Shown piece after piece: positions 38,024 through 51,119 of a stretch of 64,000 nt of DNA (the first letter of the stretch is position 1; every line of letters begins with the position of its first letter). Under the pieces are notes generated by a model that was given only the letters and a program-made list of their open reading frames with translations, ran no database searches and had not been told where the DNA came from. Source of the DNA: Lama glama (lineage: Eukaryota); the NCBI GenBank assembly GCA_028534125.1, contig CM052818.1, positions 29,328,001 through 29,392,000 on the forward strand. Reading direction: 5' to 3'. A program made the translations under genes and the position numbers.

Positions 38024-39191
38024 CTAAACAGAGTGGAGAAAGTAAAAAAGAGTGTTGACAGGATACCCGAGGTCTACCTGTACCACAACGGAGCTGAAAA
38101 CATAACAGTAAGAAAGACTGGATGTGCCAACAGCCCTGCATTCACACAGAGCTGCTTTCCACTTCTGTCGGATTCTTCCACTTCAAGATAAAAAGGCACT
38201 TGAGTCCTGAATTTTGGTGGATTTCTAACCCACCCCAAGAATGTAAATCTGTCAAAACCATTTCCTTTTACGTTAACCAATTACTTTATTCTTGTAAATT
38301 TGGCTGTAAGTAGAGTTTCCATATCTGCTTTCTTGCCAAACATAGGGCCATTCTTTACTGAGCTATAACACCTACTTAAATCAGTGAAAAATCTCCCCAA
38401 CACTGGACCAGAGATGTGGGGGCCACACAAAGTATCTGTCCTTTCAATGGTTACTGAGTCAACCATGCCCCCCAGTCTTTTCTGAAAAGCACAAAGCAGA
38501 AGAAGATAACCAGAAAAACACTGCAGTAACCTGTCTACAAAATGGCCTTTCATTACTGGAAATCTAACTATTAAAATTGCTGCAAATATACGACTTTGAA
38601 TGAAATCACAAGAGGCAGCTAAGCCTCAGGGTAGAATTTCAAGGCTGGATTCTATTCCGAGGTCTAGTGTGTCCTAGAGGAATATATATTTCAACAGACT
38701 GAGTTCAACCCTCTGTGATAAAAGACAAGGTTATATGATAAAATACAAATGATAAAAACAAATTCACCTACTTTCAGATAATACTGAAAATAATGCCACC
38801 ATATTTGAATTATATGAAGAAGTTTGTGCTTTTAAAAAATGATTAAAAAAAAACTCTTCCCTACTAAATGCTATAGAGTTCAAATGGCTGCCTATGACCC
38901 AGTTAGAAGTTACTGAGTTTTAATTTTATGAAATGAAATACTTTCATTAGAACTGCTATTTACAGATTCTTAACCCAAAGAAGCTATAACGGACAAGGGT
39001 GAAAACATTTGCCAAAGAGGATAAGACTTTAATGTCAACACTAACCTTTTTTTTTTTAAAGTTGGTAGATAGTCATATTATTAGGAAAGTTTAATGAGCT
39101 TTTTTCATAACAGTTTCCTATATATTTATTTTGGCAGGGTCAGACTGACTGCGGAAACCTGATTAATATATCAAATAACAAAGGTGTTCTT

Positions 39192-39242
39192 TTTTTTACT
39201 GGAGTACAGTCAATTACAATGTGTCAATCTCTGGTGTACAGC
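39192..39242 (-). mobile_element. Extremely 5'-truncated young L1 (51 nt) with a perfect 14-bp TSD
   Basis: TSD acaaaggtgttctt at 39178-39191 and 39243-39256. The insert ttttttactggagtacagtcaattacaatgtgtcaatctctggtgtacagc matches the terminal L1 3'UTR of the other copies in the window. Confidence 0.9.
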
Positions 39243-42029
39243 ACAAAGGTGTTCTTCAAATGTAAATTCATAAAATTCTACCAGAAAAGCTACTGCCCCT
39301 TCTTTCCTCTTACGGCAGTAAGAATTAGCAAAGCAGCAAACAGAGCCTCAACGTATAAATGGCTCTCAGACGACAGAACATCACTGAGCATATAAAAGAT
39401 CCCTCTCACTTGGTTCTGGCGAATTCTCAGATTGTTCTACCTTTGACAAAATTCAGTTTGGACTCTTAGCTTTAATAGCTGATGACAAATTCAAACCTAG
39501 AATAAGTGTCCAGGAAAAAACTGAAATGCTGATTCCCTATGCAGGTTATGAAGTGGTTTTAAATCACTTCCCTGTGTGTGAAATTGGATAAAACCTGCCA
39601 CATCCCTCATCTCAACTAGATTTTCCAGTGTGCAAAGGAGAGACACGTGCTTTGCTCACTCTATTGGAGCGAATCACCAACCAGTCCATTCTCTTCAGGA
39701 GGGGCTGCAAGTTCTTATACAGGGGATCATTGGGGAAAACTAAGAGTAAGTATTCAAAATTATTATTAAATCAATCATGAACCCTGTAGGAAATCTTATA
39801 AAGGTTCTCTCAACGTGTGAATAAATTAACAGCTTATTAATAGGAACAATTCCACTCAATCATGTTATTCAGTTGCTCTAAAAACATAGCTAGTCATTAA
39901 TGAATGCATTCAGAAAGATAAATCAAGCCAGCAACACAACCAGAGTTTTGCCAATCAAGTTTACAGTGTGTGTTAATAGAGGGCTCAATAATTGTTTTTT
40001 TTTCCTCTTGTGGACAAAGCTGTAGGTATGTTATAGTTTTTATTACAAAATGGAATACGATACAGCAGCACCTCAATGAAAACTGCCATATTCATTAGAC
40101 ATGACAGGCTTCTGAGTCAGAAACTTTACATACATTTAAACACTATTTCTGCAATGGTTTTTACACTCACAGGAATGAAATAATTTTTGCTTTTTTTCTG
40201 TTTTTCTTTGTAAGGAAACTCACAGGTGATTGCACAAGGGGGACAATACCATTGTCTTATCCAGGTTTTACATTGGTTGTTACAAGTTTTGCTCTTATTT
40301 TCTTTCCAAGCAGTTTGAAGTTTCAGTGTTTACACAGCTGAAATTGAGGGTTAGTCAGGCCCTTATCCCTGTTTGGAAAGAGATGCAAATCCTATTTTAA
40401 AAAAAATCTGATCCACAAAGGTCATTCTGCGAAAAGCAACAATTTCCCTATCTTCCTAACCTTTAAATAATTAACTTCCTAGAGCATTTTTCCATTGGGG
40501 GAACACTCTGATCAGTAAGTACATGTCATTTCTTTAAAAATAATCTCTATGAGTTTGAGGTCACTGCTGTCAGGGGAGGAATGTTTCTATCAAAAAGTAA
40601 CTTTAAAAGATCAAATCAAAAGTTATAGAAGATGCCAAGATCTAAAAAGAATGAATTCTGTTTTTCTTAAAGATTTTATGAATAAGATTAGTCATACTAC
40701 ATAGCTCATGCTGCAGACTTCTAAGAAATATATTGCTTCTCCTCCAGCATTTCCAGATTTGATTTCTTAACTTGTATTAAGAGGTTGGCTTAATGTCTAC
40801 ATATAAAAAGCAATATGAGTATTTTAATCCCAGGGGCATGGCCGGCGGTAAGAAGTGAGTTTTGGGACCTTTCACATGTGTGCTTTTTTAGAAGAAACTT
40901 TCACAGGTGCACTTTCATGTGATATACAAAGTACCTCCATGAGCAGACAGTGCAAGTTATACAGCATCCGCACTTTCTGGAAGAGAATATTTAGGTTGGG
41001 TCCAACATCCCCGTGTCTAACGCTTTCCCCAAACCTCTTCTACGGGGCTTAGCTTCTTAGCAACCCAGCAAGCAAGAGTTTATTTTGCTTTGCCCTTTTT
41101 CTTCCTTTTTCTCTTTGAGACAAATGGGGAGGGGGTAGCAGATAATCCCTGCTGGTACAGAGTTCAGTGGTAAGGCCACAAATAAGGTGATCGTTTTCCT
41201 GTGCTCTGAACAGCAAGGGGTGGATTTGAGTGGTAGGTGCCTGTCTCTCTTGCTTTCTTTAGAAGGAAGAGGATGTGTGTGTTCACTTGTAAGACTGTTT
41301 CCTGCTTTAGTCTTTCCCTAAATATATCTAATCTTAGGTTTGCTGTTGGGGTGAGGAGATCTGGAACATTTTTTTGGTTAATGTGAACATGAGCATTCTA
41401 AATAGGCCTTTGCTTTCACTTTGCATTTGCAATGTGTTCTGAAGGCACCAATCCCCTCCATACTCTTCTGAGACAGAGTGATGACAGTGACCAAGGAGTC
41501 ACATCGCAGATACGTGCGAGCAAACAATGCCCTCAAATGAAACAGCTGCCCTCATCCAGAAAAAGACATTAATTTATAAAACCCAGTGACTGTGGTAATG
41601 TTCAGTTAATTACTTTCAACAGAATTACTCAGGAAGTTTTACTCTCTGTTTTTAAAATCACCACAGACACTAATGTTTTATATCAACTCATGCTTTTATG
41701 GGAAAAAGAATTCTAGTGTAATATTCCAAGAAGGAGTAAAAGAGAACTTGGACATTCATTTCCCCCTCTAGTTTTCTCATTCAAAGACTCTGAAGATGAG
41801 AAGTGCGTGTGTGTGTATGTGGAACTTAGAAGAAAGCCATTGATGAGTTTCAGAAAATAAGCATTGACAACAGGAATGGACTGGATACGAAGAGATGCAA
41901 ATAAAAGCAAAGACTGTAGAAAAGTGGTCAACTTGTGACAGAAATCAAAATGATCGTTAGAATGTAAAGAACAAGAGCAAAAATACTTTGAAAGAAGATT
42001 CTTCCACACAGTTCCCACTGTTAAAGAGG

Positions 42030-42560
42030 TCAATCAGGTGGGGAATCAGGGCACGATAGTGCTAGGGGAGCAAGTGCTGGCCGTGTAAGCCACCCTGGAG
42101 GGGGTCGGGTGGGCAAGGCTATCCCGGAAGGCTTCCTGGAGGAGGTGCCATCTGAGTCAACTTCTTGAAAAATAAAAATAAATTGGCCAGAAACTAAAGT
42201 ACAACAGAGGCGAGGAGGAGTAAAAAGTACAATACTTAGGACTGTGGGTAGAGCAGACGAGGGGACAGGTGGTTTGTAGAAGGAGTCACGCAACTGACTC
42301 AGCATGAGAACGAGGCAGGGATGATTAACATGGGGACAAGCAATAGCTGTGTTTTTGACCTAGGTGCGGGAGCAGAGGACAAAGCCAGTTTCTGTTGGAA
42401 GAAAGTCGCTTCAGGACCTTGCCAGGTGGAAGCGAGGGGTTTTTTTGGTTCTGTTGTTCTTTTTTTGTTTGTTTTGTTGTTTTTTTTTTTCCTGGTGAGG
42501 AAGTTAGAAGAAACTGGGAGGAGTGAGCCTGAGAGAGGAACAGCCATGGGAGAGGACGCA
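42030..42560. mobile_element. L2 fragment (degenerate)
   Basis: ggaaggcttcctggaggaggtgccatctgagt, a typical L2 3' phrase, in purine-rich context. Confidence 0.5.
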
Positions 42561-42816
42561 GGGAGGAGAAAGTCTGACTTACGGACACAGTGCCAGACAC
42601 GGGAGAAGAAGAGCCGGCGTATCTGGGTGAAAGAGGAGGCTCCTGAAAGCAGCATAAAGCGCCGCGGAGGAAGAAAACCGGGAGCCGCATCCCTGCACGA
42701 GGCGGAACAGGAAGCACGTACGGCGACGGCGCCCGGAAACAGCGACGCCCCAGCAGCACGAGCCCCGTCACGACAGCCGCACAGGTGCACGGCCAGGGCC
42801 CGCCACACGCAAAACG
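42557..42816. promoter_or_regulatory. Small orphan CpG-dense patch in an LTBP1 intron
   Basis: 28 CpGs counted in 260 bp, of which 23 lie in 42660-42816. The flanks are CpG-depleted. Function unknown. Confidence 0.55.
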
Positions 42817-43789
42817 TCTGGGAACACTTAAAAGGAATTGTACAAACCATTCTTTCTTAGGCCTTATCTGTCGCAAATTCTAGGGTCCCAAATGCAGTTC
42901 TAATGCAACAGGGTGTCTCTCGTATTAAGAAGATAAAATGATTTATATATACCTGGTTCAAGTCTGTCATTTTGTTCAATTGATATGTCAGTTCATTCAA
43001 TATGGGCACCTCTTTATCAAAACCTCTGATATTATTTTAGGTGCTATACACAGCAAACAGAAAATTTCATAAAAATAAAAGCATGATTTGGTAGTTAGTA
43101 AACTCTTCTCACTATTATCTTTGAAGGTGGGAAGAAACTTGATCTTTTTTTTTTAAAATAACAAATGAACATATTTTCCTCAGCCTTACCTACATTCATG
43201 GTATAGATCCATTACAAATACACAATAAGACCTCAAGAGTTCTATGGCATTTTACAATGTTTGCATTCTAAATACTGTGGTTTCACTGTCTTTAATTTTT
43301 TTTCCTACCAAAGGTCTTTTTTTCCAATCAGAAGTTATTTTTTAAAAACTCCTTCAATGATAATTTATTTTACAGGTTAACTAAACACATTAAAAAAAAC
43401 CCCACTCTGCCAAATATAACAGTTGAGTGATATTATATATGGTCTCCTGCCTTTAAAAAAAAATGTACGTATACAAAACCTGTAGCGGACCTCCCTTGGA
43501 AGAGAGAACAAGAACACTTTTTGAGTTCAATTGTCAGAACCACAAGGATGATTTGCACAATGTGTGTCCTGACAGCAGGGAGCTGCTCTTTTTTCCTTTT
43601 GCTCTACTTGTAATTTAACCAAAGCACATAGAGGAAGTAGCCTCCCACCTAGAAGTGTTAGCAGATCATTCCTCCACTAGGTGTGGTCCATTATATCTTT
43701 GATAAAATGAATACTTATTCTACAGGACTAGCTGGGATTTAGACGAAGGGGTACAGAAGGAACACATTCTCGAATGCAGGGAGACTATT

Positions 43790-44830
43790 TTGTGCAATAG
43801 GTACCAAGAGTCTGCCGTAGGTGAGGCACTGTGCTAAGCGGTGAGCTGGGTTCCAGGCAAGGCGAAGAGGAATGACAGAGCATACAGGGTCCTGTTACCA
43901 AGCTAATGGATGTGGACTTCAGGCTGCAGGCAGTAGTAAGCAGCTGATAGTCTTAAGGATTTAAAACCAGATTTGTTTCGAAAATGTGAACTGGCAGCAC
44001 TATGGAGCAGGAATGGAGGAGAGGCAGGGAGAGAAGTCAGGAGGCTGCTGCCAGCCACAGTCCAGGTAAGGGATGCTTGAAGGGATGCCTGGGGCCGTGG
44101 TAACAGAGGCGCAGAGAGAGGTCTGAAGAATACCGCTGAGGTAGAGTTGACAGGATGAGGGCTTGGATGGATAGGGAGAAAAATTAAAGTGTGACTTCAG
44201 GATTTCCAGTATGGGATGTTCGGCAATGAATGAGTGTACACAGGGAGAGTAACAGGTCAGAGGAGGAACAGTCATTAATTTGGTTTCGGATAATTTCATG
44301 TGGAGACGTTACAAGACACCCTGGGGGAAAGGTCCAATTATAGATAGCTGGGAACAGGAGTGTAGCACTCAGACGGCAGAAGATAGTAACTTGGCCACCC
44401 ACACCACGTAAGTAATAGTTGACCCGGAGAAGAGGATAAAATATCCCAGGAGGATAGAGTAAAAAGAGGGCTAAACATGCAACTCTCCGGGACATTATTT
44501 ACAAAATGGTGATTGAAAAAGAATCTAAAATGAGACAGAAAAACACCAGTGCAAGAGGTAGGAGGACAAAGGGAAGAGTAATGTCCTGAAGTCCATCAAA
44601 GGGGAAAGGGGAGGGAAGACGAGAAACCACCGCTGACTGTTACAGAGATGGAGTGAGACACGAGACTAATGGCTTGAGCAGACAGATGTCACTGATGACC
44701 CAAGAGGAAGACGTTTCACCCAGATGAGGGGTCAGAGGGCCTGATCTCAGTGTACTGAGGATCAAATGGGAGACGGTTCAACGGAGGTTGGGGGAGTAAG
44801 GATGTCCATTTAAAGAATCTGGAGGTCAAA
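43790..44830. mobile_element. L2 fragment
   Basis: Purine-rich L2-like text: aggcactgtgctaag, gaggctgctgccagccacagtccaggtaag, gtgtgacttcaggatttccagt, gatgtcactgatgacc. Confidence 0.65.
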
Positions 44831-46539
44831 ATGGTGACAGATTATCCCTGGACAGTGACACTGCAGGGGATTTTCTTTCTTGATTCATTTTTGTATTTGC
44901 CAATTTTCTAAGAATACACATTAATAATGAGAGCAAAACAAAGAAATAAAGTGAAAAGGAAGCCAATTTTTAGGAGAATGTGGTGTCATGGGGTCCTCGG
45001 CCTTGAGAAGTAGAATTAAGTGGAAAGATCCTGGAAGAGGGTTTCTGGGCCAAAATCTGCGAAGCATAGCTATATGACCCTAAGAATAAGATTTAGAACT
45101 TCTCTCTGGGCCTCGACTTCCTTACTTATAAATGAAGGAGCTGGGCTGGATGAACACTGAGGTGGTCTGTGGATGTAGCAGTCTAGGACGTAGTCTGTGA
45201 TGTGAGAATAAGCTCTTAAATATATTAGAGAAAACTGGTATTTAAGGAAACACTATCATGAATTTTGTAAAGAATAATTATTTTATGATGTAAATAATCA
45301 CTCCAATGTATACATCTTACAATTTCTGATCTTGTTTATCAGCTTTGCTTGAAGTGAGGAACAGCTGCATTAATAATAGTATATCTTTTTCTTTTCATTA
45401 TATCTTCTATTATAAAAATGAAATTCAGTTCCTATCACATAGTCTCCTCTGTGCACCAATCAAGGCAGGGAACAGCATATTATGGGTAAAGTGTGAAGGC
45501 TGCCGTTGCAAAGACTAAATATTGACTGCTTCCTTTAGAGTGCCCAAGGACAAAGTTTTTATTGAGCAATTATCACAGGCACTGAGGAAATGAAAAATCA
45601 GGCTATATGTCATATCCATACCCTCTCACAGGTGATGAGAGGTCTGGCCTGGACATTTTTTAGTGATTTCTGTTTCAGGTGCTTTTAGGCAATGCATAGC
45701 AATGTAAATGAGTGGCCAAAGGCCCAGGCAGTGAAAACAACAGACAAGACGTAAAAACAAAAAATTAGGTAGGAGCCAAGAAGTAGTTTAGAAATAAAAA
45801 TCCTAGGCCATTAAAGTTCAAAAGTACCTTCAAGGTCACCTAGGACAACATCCTGCTGGAAGTAGGAGGCCTTCTGCCAGCCAGTGGGGGTCCTACCTGC
45901 TCTTGGATATCGCTAGGGAAACACCCACGATTTCATGAGACAGCTGTGTGCTGACTGCCTCTGGTTATTAGAAATGTCATCTGCACACTGATCCGAAACC
46001 TGCCTTCCTGACATCCACCTCATAGTCCCAGGTCTGTTCTCAGTAAGACACCACCTCCGATAACTACGCTGCTGCTCCTTGTCGGAACGCCTGCTGCCCT
46101 GGGGAAATTCTACAGCCAAGCGAAAATACTATAGCCTGGGTAACAAATTTATCTTTCTTTTCTTAATTACTTTCCAGGAAGGATGAGATCTGAGCTGTTA
46201 GTCTATCATGTGTATAATGAAACTAGTTTGAGTCCCTGATAAAAACTTGAACTTCAATTTGGTACAAAATGTTTTGTCTCATGTAACAGCAGCTTCTTTG
46301 ACGGGAGAAAGACACACACTCTTTTAACTAGCCTCCACTTAACCAACTTGTTCGATCAACCCGGGAAAACATCCTGGCTTATACCCACGAGCAGGTGGAT
46401 GGCCTACAGCCAGCTTACTCTTCTCGGGTGGGTCTGCACACTTCTGTCCTGATGTGTTGAGTAGTTTGCTGGCTGACCGAGACCCTGCTGTGTTTCTTCC
46501 CAGACTCTCTGTGCCAATGTATTGATCTTTGTAATTACA

Positions 46540-47010
46540 TAAATAGTACATAAATCAAGAAAATATGAGCGAGTAGAAGACTTGTTTCTAGAACAAGTTA
46601 AACCTTAGAAAGACTAAGGTTGAATTAGGGGAAAAAATGCTATCAAACGAGGTGTGGGTAAGACAACTGTAGAAAATTGAGAAAAACTAAAAATCTAGAG
46701 GGATTTTGCACTCATTTACTTTCAAAAGGCCTTTCAATTCTTACTCCCTTTCAAGTGGGTGATGTAGATCATGCTTACTAGATGTGGTTTATGCAAGACA
46801 AGTCATGCAGAATACAAATGGACTTTCACTCAAAGACAGAACTCAGCCCTTTTTCAGAGACTGGGGAATAAATGTATATTACAGGTTTTAAATTAAAATG
46901 TAAATATTTAAAAGACATTCTCTTTTTTATGATTTCCAGTTTAAATCACCTTTTTCAAACAACTGATCAATTACTGGCTCTGATGAAGTCAGGGAGGAGG
47001 CTCTTACTGC
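46540..47010. mobile_element. Old Tigger-like DNA transposon relic (tentative)
   Basis: Degenerate pogo/CENP-B-type text (aaattgagaaaaactaaaaatctagagggattttgcactca...gatgtggtttatgcaaga). No intact ORF. Confidence 0.35.
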
Positions 47011-47760
47011 AGTTTATAGCTGCTCTGTCTCTCAGGACACAGACAGACAATGGCTAAGATGAAGATGTCATCACAGACAATCTTAAGACTCCATATAATC
47101 AATTCAGGATTGCCAAGAACCATACAAATTGAGGTATGGTAGAAATCAGAGTTGCCAGGAACTATACAAATTAATAAGCTCCACAAGTTACTACAGCAGA
47201 TTATACTGCCATGGACCAATAAAACAACTGAGTATGCCTGAAACAATTTTGGCAGAAGCCAGAGAACTATGGGGAAAATATGCAACAAATCCAGAAATTA
47301 AAGGATCAGATATAATGTTAAGAGGAAAGAGAAACTATGTATTTGTTGGTGGACAAGCTTTACCAAGCTGACTTCTTTGCGAAAGCAGGAGAGTGCTTTG
47401 TGAACTCTGGGAGAACTTTCCAGAAAGTCACTCAACAAGAGAACAAGGAGATGAAGGGAGCGAAAAGGCAAAGCGGGTGTTAGGGACCTGGTCACAGAAA
47501 AACTTAAAAAAAATAGGAGATGAGGAACAAGGCTTACAAAAAGAGTTACTGTAACGTTTTAAGGAACAATTTACGGTGAGCCAGTCTAGTTCACCAAGAA
47601 TGGTTCAGATGGTCTCATGATCCTATTAAGGCATCATTAACCTCTAAAAAAAGAAATGAGCCAAGTTCAGGACCCCAGACATGTCCCATAATTGAAGCTA
47701 TGTGAAGTGAACGAACCACTTCTTGACATTACTAACACATTCTAACAGAAAAATATTTGT

Positions 47761-48100
47761 TGAACTCACCTACAAAACAGAAACAGACTCGCAGACATGG
47801 TAAACAATCTTCTGGTTACTGGGGGAAAGGGGGTGGGAAGGGATACATCTGGGAGTTTGAGATTTGCAAAGGTTAACCACTATATATGAAAACAGATTAA
47901 AAAAACCAAATTTCTTCTGTAAAGCACAGGGAATGATATTGAATATCTTACAATAACCTTTAACGAAAAAGAATATGAAAATGAATATATGTATATATAT
48001 GCATGCCTGGGACATTATGCTGTACACCAGAAATTGACACACTGTAACTGACTATACCTCAATAAAAACTAAATAAATAAAGAAAAAAAGAAAAAAAAAA
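47761..48100 (+). mobile_element. Young 5'-truncated L1 3' end, antisense to LTBP1
   Basis: gaactcacctacaaaacagaaacagactcgcagac...ctgtacaccagaaattgacacactgtaactgactatacctcaataaaaa plus an A-tail. Imperfect TSD aaaaatattt / aaaagtattt. Confidence 0.9.
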
Positions 48101-49678
48101 GTATTTCTAGTTAAAAGGCCCCAACTCAGAAGAGATCACAAAAGGAAGAGGAATAGATAACCCTTATGTGTTTGGATTGTAATATTTCATTTTAATACTC
48201 CATATAGTACTTAGTTATTAACAAATGGCTTTTATGTATGTGATTAAAAAAAATACAACTCTGTGAAGTAAGTATAAACCTTATTTTACAGTTCAGAAAA
48301 ATCAAAACTCATAGATGTTGAATGACATGCCCAACCTTACACAGTTGGGAAAGAGCATACCAGAACCCTGGTCGTTCCAATTTAAAGTATTACAAAAATT
48401 TGGAAAACAAAGGAAGAAGCTAAAATTACCATTAATTTCAAAAATTATCTTTTTATGTCTTCTTTCCTTCCCTTCCTCCACAAATTATGATCACTGGAGT
48501 TTTCACTTGACATTGTATCATATGCATTTATCATGACTGCCCAATCTTCCTAGAGATCACTTAATGACTACAGAAAATTAGATGCAAATCTTTAAGTCAA
48601 AATAAGACTGCAGGGAAGGGGCTACTCTACAGAGTCAAAGACAAATAAGAAAAAGGCAGTTAGTTAACTAATCCTATTATTGGCCAGTCAGGTTTTTGAT
48701 TTTTGGTTTGTTTTTTCGATGAAAAGTCTTTTCTTTATGGCTCGTGAGTTGTGGTGGTGCTCACTAAATGAAGAGCGGTCCCTCCCTCCAGTCATTCTTT
48801 CTTCCCCTTCCTCGCGATCTGAATGACTGTCTGTATGTTTAATTCTGCATCCCTCGCCTCAGAAGAAAAATGTGTGCAGATGAAAATACTTTTTATATTT
48901 TATTCCCCATTACTTGCAAAGAGAAGCCTTTCACACAGAACAAGAGTACCCTACTGAGGAATAGTGAGAGCTATCTCAGAAGCATGGATACAATCAACCA
49001 GGATTGAGCAAGACAGTAACACAGTCTCTGTTTCATTTTATTTGCGTCTCAAAGGGCCAGTCAGTCTTCTACTTTCCTCAAAATACAACCACACTATAGC
49101 CACATGGCACAACCTAAAAGGGTAATCTGGAAGTTGATGGATTTATCTGGAAAGCTATCAGCTCTATTCCCATTCGTGCCATGACGACACAGCCACTCTC
49201 TAGGGCCAAACTCTGGAAAAAAAACACCTTAAGAATTCCAAGTGGAAGGAAGCCTTTGTAGATCCTGAGAGGTCTATATGTTGCTTTTAATTTAGAGAAG
49301 TGTCAAGATACGTTTCTCCAAGGGCCAAGAAAGAAGAATTATGCAACTTAATGAGATGTTGCCATATTAAACCCTGAGCTGATGGCTCTCTGAGTTTTAG
49401 GCAATTCCCAGCCAATGTTCTCATCATTTTGGCTCTTCACCCTACCCATGGCGTCTCCAGCTTGGAAAGCACGTTAGAAGCCAGCTAGCTTCAACAATCA
49501 TTGCTCACATCCTAATTCCAGTGATAAGGCAGGCTCAGAAAAAGCATGGAAGCTTCCAGAAAAAGCAAGGTGCCAAAATATCTGGTGATTTCTTCCCTCA
49601 CTCCCAGAGTGTCTGGCCCCCAAACAGGGTAGGGACAGGTCCCTGAGAGAAGCCCTCCAGCCCAACAGTGCCACTTAC

Positions 49679-49822
49679 CTCCTGAGGCCCGGGAGCGGCA
49701 CTGCCCGGTCATGGGGCTGTACTCCTGGCTTTCGTCGGCGCACACACACAGGAAGGACCCTTCTACGTTTTCACAGAAGGCTTCCCCACACACGCCACTG
49801 AGCAGCTCACACTCGTTCACAT
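49679..49822 (-). CDS. LTBP1: LTBP1 coding exon (equivalent to human exon 26): cbEGF
   Basis: ttttccag|AT ... GGAG|gtaagt. Reads (D)[47 protein letters not shown]. 144 nt. Confidence 0.97.
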
Positions 49823-51119
49823 CTGGAAAAGGGAGCACAGATCAAGTCAGACATGTTCCTCACTCCTGACAGCTCTTTGTTTTACCAGTTGTGCCAAGGC
49901 CGGCAGTGTCTGCTGGACACAAGGGGTCCCCAGGGAGCCATCAGTCCCTTCTGCTCTTTGTGCGAAGGGGCTCCCAGAGGCAGGGCTGCAAGCTTTGGTT
50001 TGTGTGAAAGGACTATGAAAATGCAAAGCGAAGTTTTCAAGTTCCAATTCCGGCTCTAAGGAACACCTTGGAATTGTACCTCGGGCATCGCACGTACACG
50101 TTGACTGCTTAATTTTCTCCTCCCTGAGGACATAATGAGGTCCTAAGACCTGACACTCTTCTCTCAGTTCTTAATTTGAGGAAAATTAGCAGCATGGGCA
50201 CTTCAGAAACCATAGAATTCTTTAAATTCATTTTCAGAAATTGTTTTCAATCTACTCAAATGTCTAAAACCATAGCTCCCTAGCAGCCGGAATGTCCATA
50301 ATTTAACAACCAGGATTCAGGTTGTGTATCCCTTTGAGAAATAAAGGGAAGACCCCTGGAAACAGTCACAGGGCTACGTTAATCATTCATGAGAAACAAA
50401 TCCATCCAATAGCTTCTCACTGACTTCACTATGCCTTTAAAAACTCTGTTGGTGTTCCACAGTGTACTTTCTATTTTGCTAGATGTTTTTCTTTTGTACT
50501 TAAATATACTGAACTGAAACACAAAAAACTCACAGATAAGTCAATGTTATTCAATATTATGCAAGGACATAGCCAGAAAGAAAGGCTAATTTTATGCCTG
50601 CCCTTGCCCAATACTACTTTTTACCTTTTCTCCTCTGAAGAAATTTTATACATGAGTGCCCAGTTAAACAAAGTACCAGACTTGACATCTGAAATGCTCA
50701 TGTATTCTATGCATTAAACATGATTAAACATGTACAAACATTAGCTTTCATGAGCACACTCTGACATGGTTTATACAAAGGTAAACATTTGAGCAATTAT
50801 CCAAATCATTTAGGAAAAAAATACTATTTTCACTTGCTATACCCAGTTAATTGGACAAAAGGTTTATGTCTCTTGACTTATTTGGATAATTACCTCAGTT
50901 TCCATTTCACTTTGTATATAAACAGATATAAATCCAATGAGCTGAGTTTTGCTTATAAAAAGATTTTATGACAAAGTAAAGCAGAGAGTTGGTGTATTTA
51001 ATCCACCTAGACAGTCATAATTTAGGCCAGAAAAATTGACTTTAGAAATTTGCCAGTTTGCATTTATCAATTTTAGGTAAATGTCAAGTGGAATTTTCCA
51101 CTTTCTAATTTGTATTATT

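Noticed and set aside
42299..42876. Three 179-183 aa ORFs on both strands
   Set aside because: They span an L2 relic, a T-rich simple repeat and the CpG patch. Stop depletion is explained by composition and the peptides are low-complexity.
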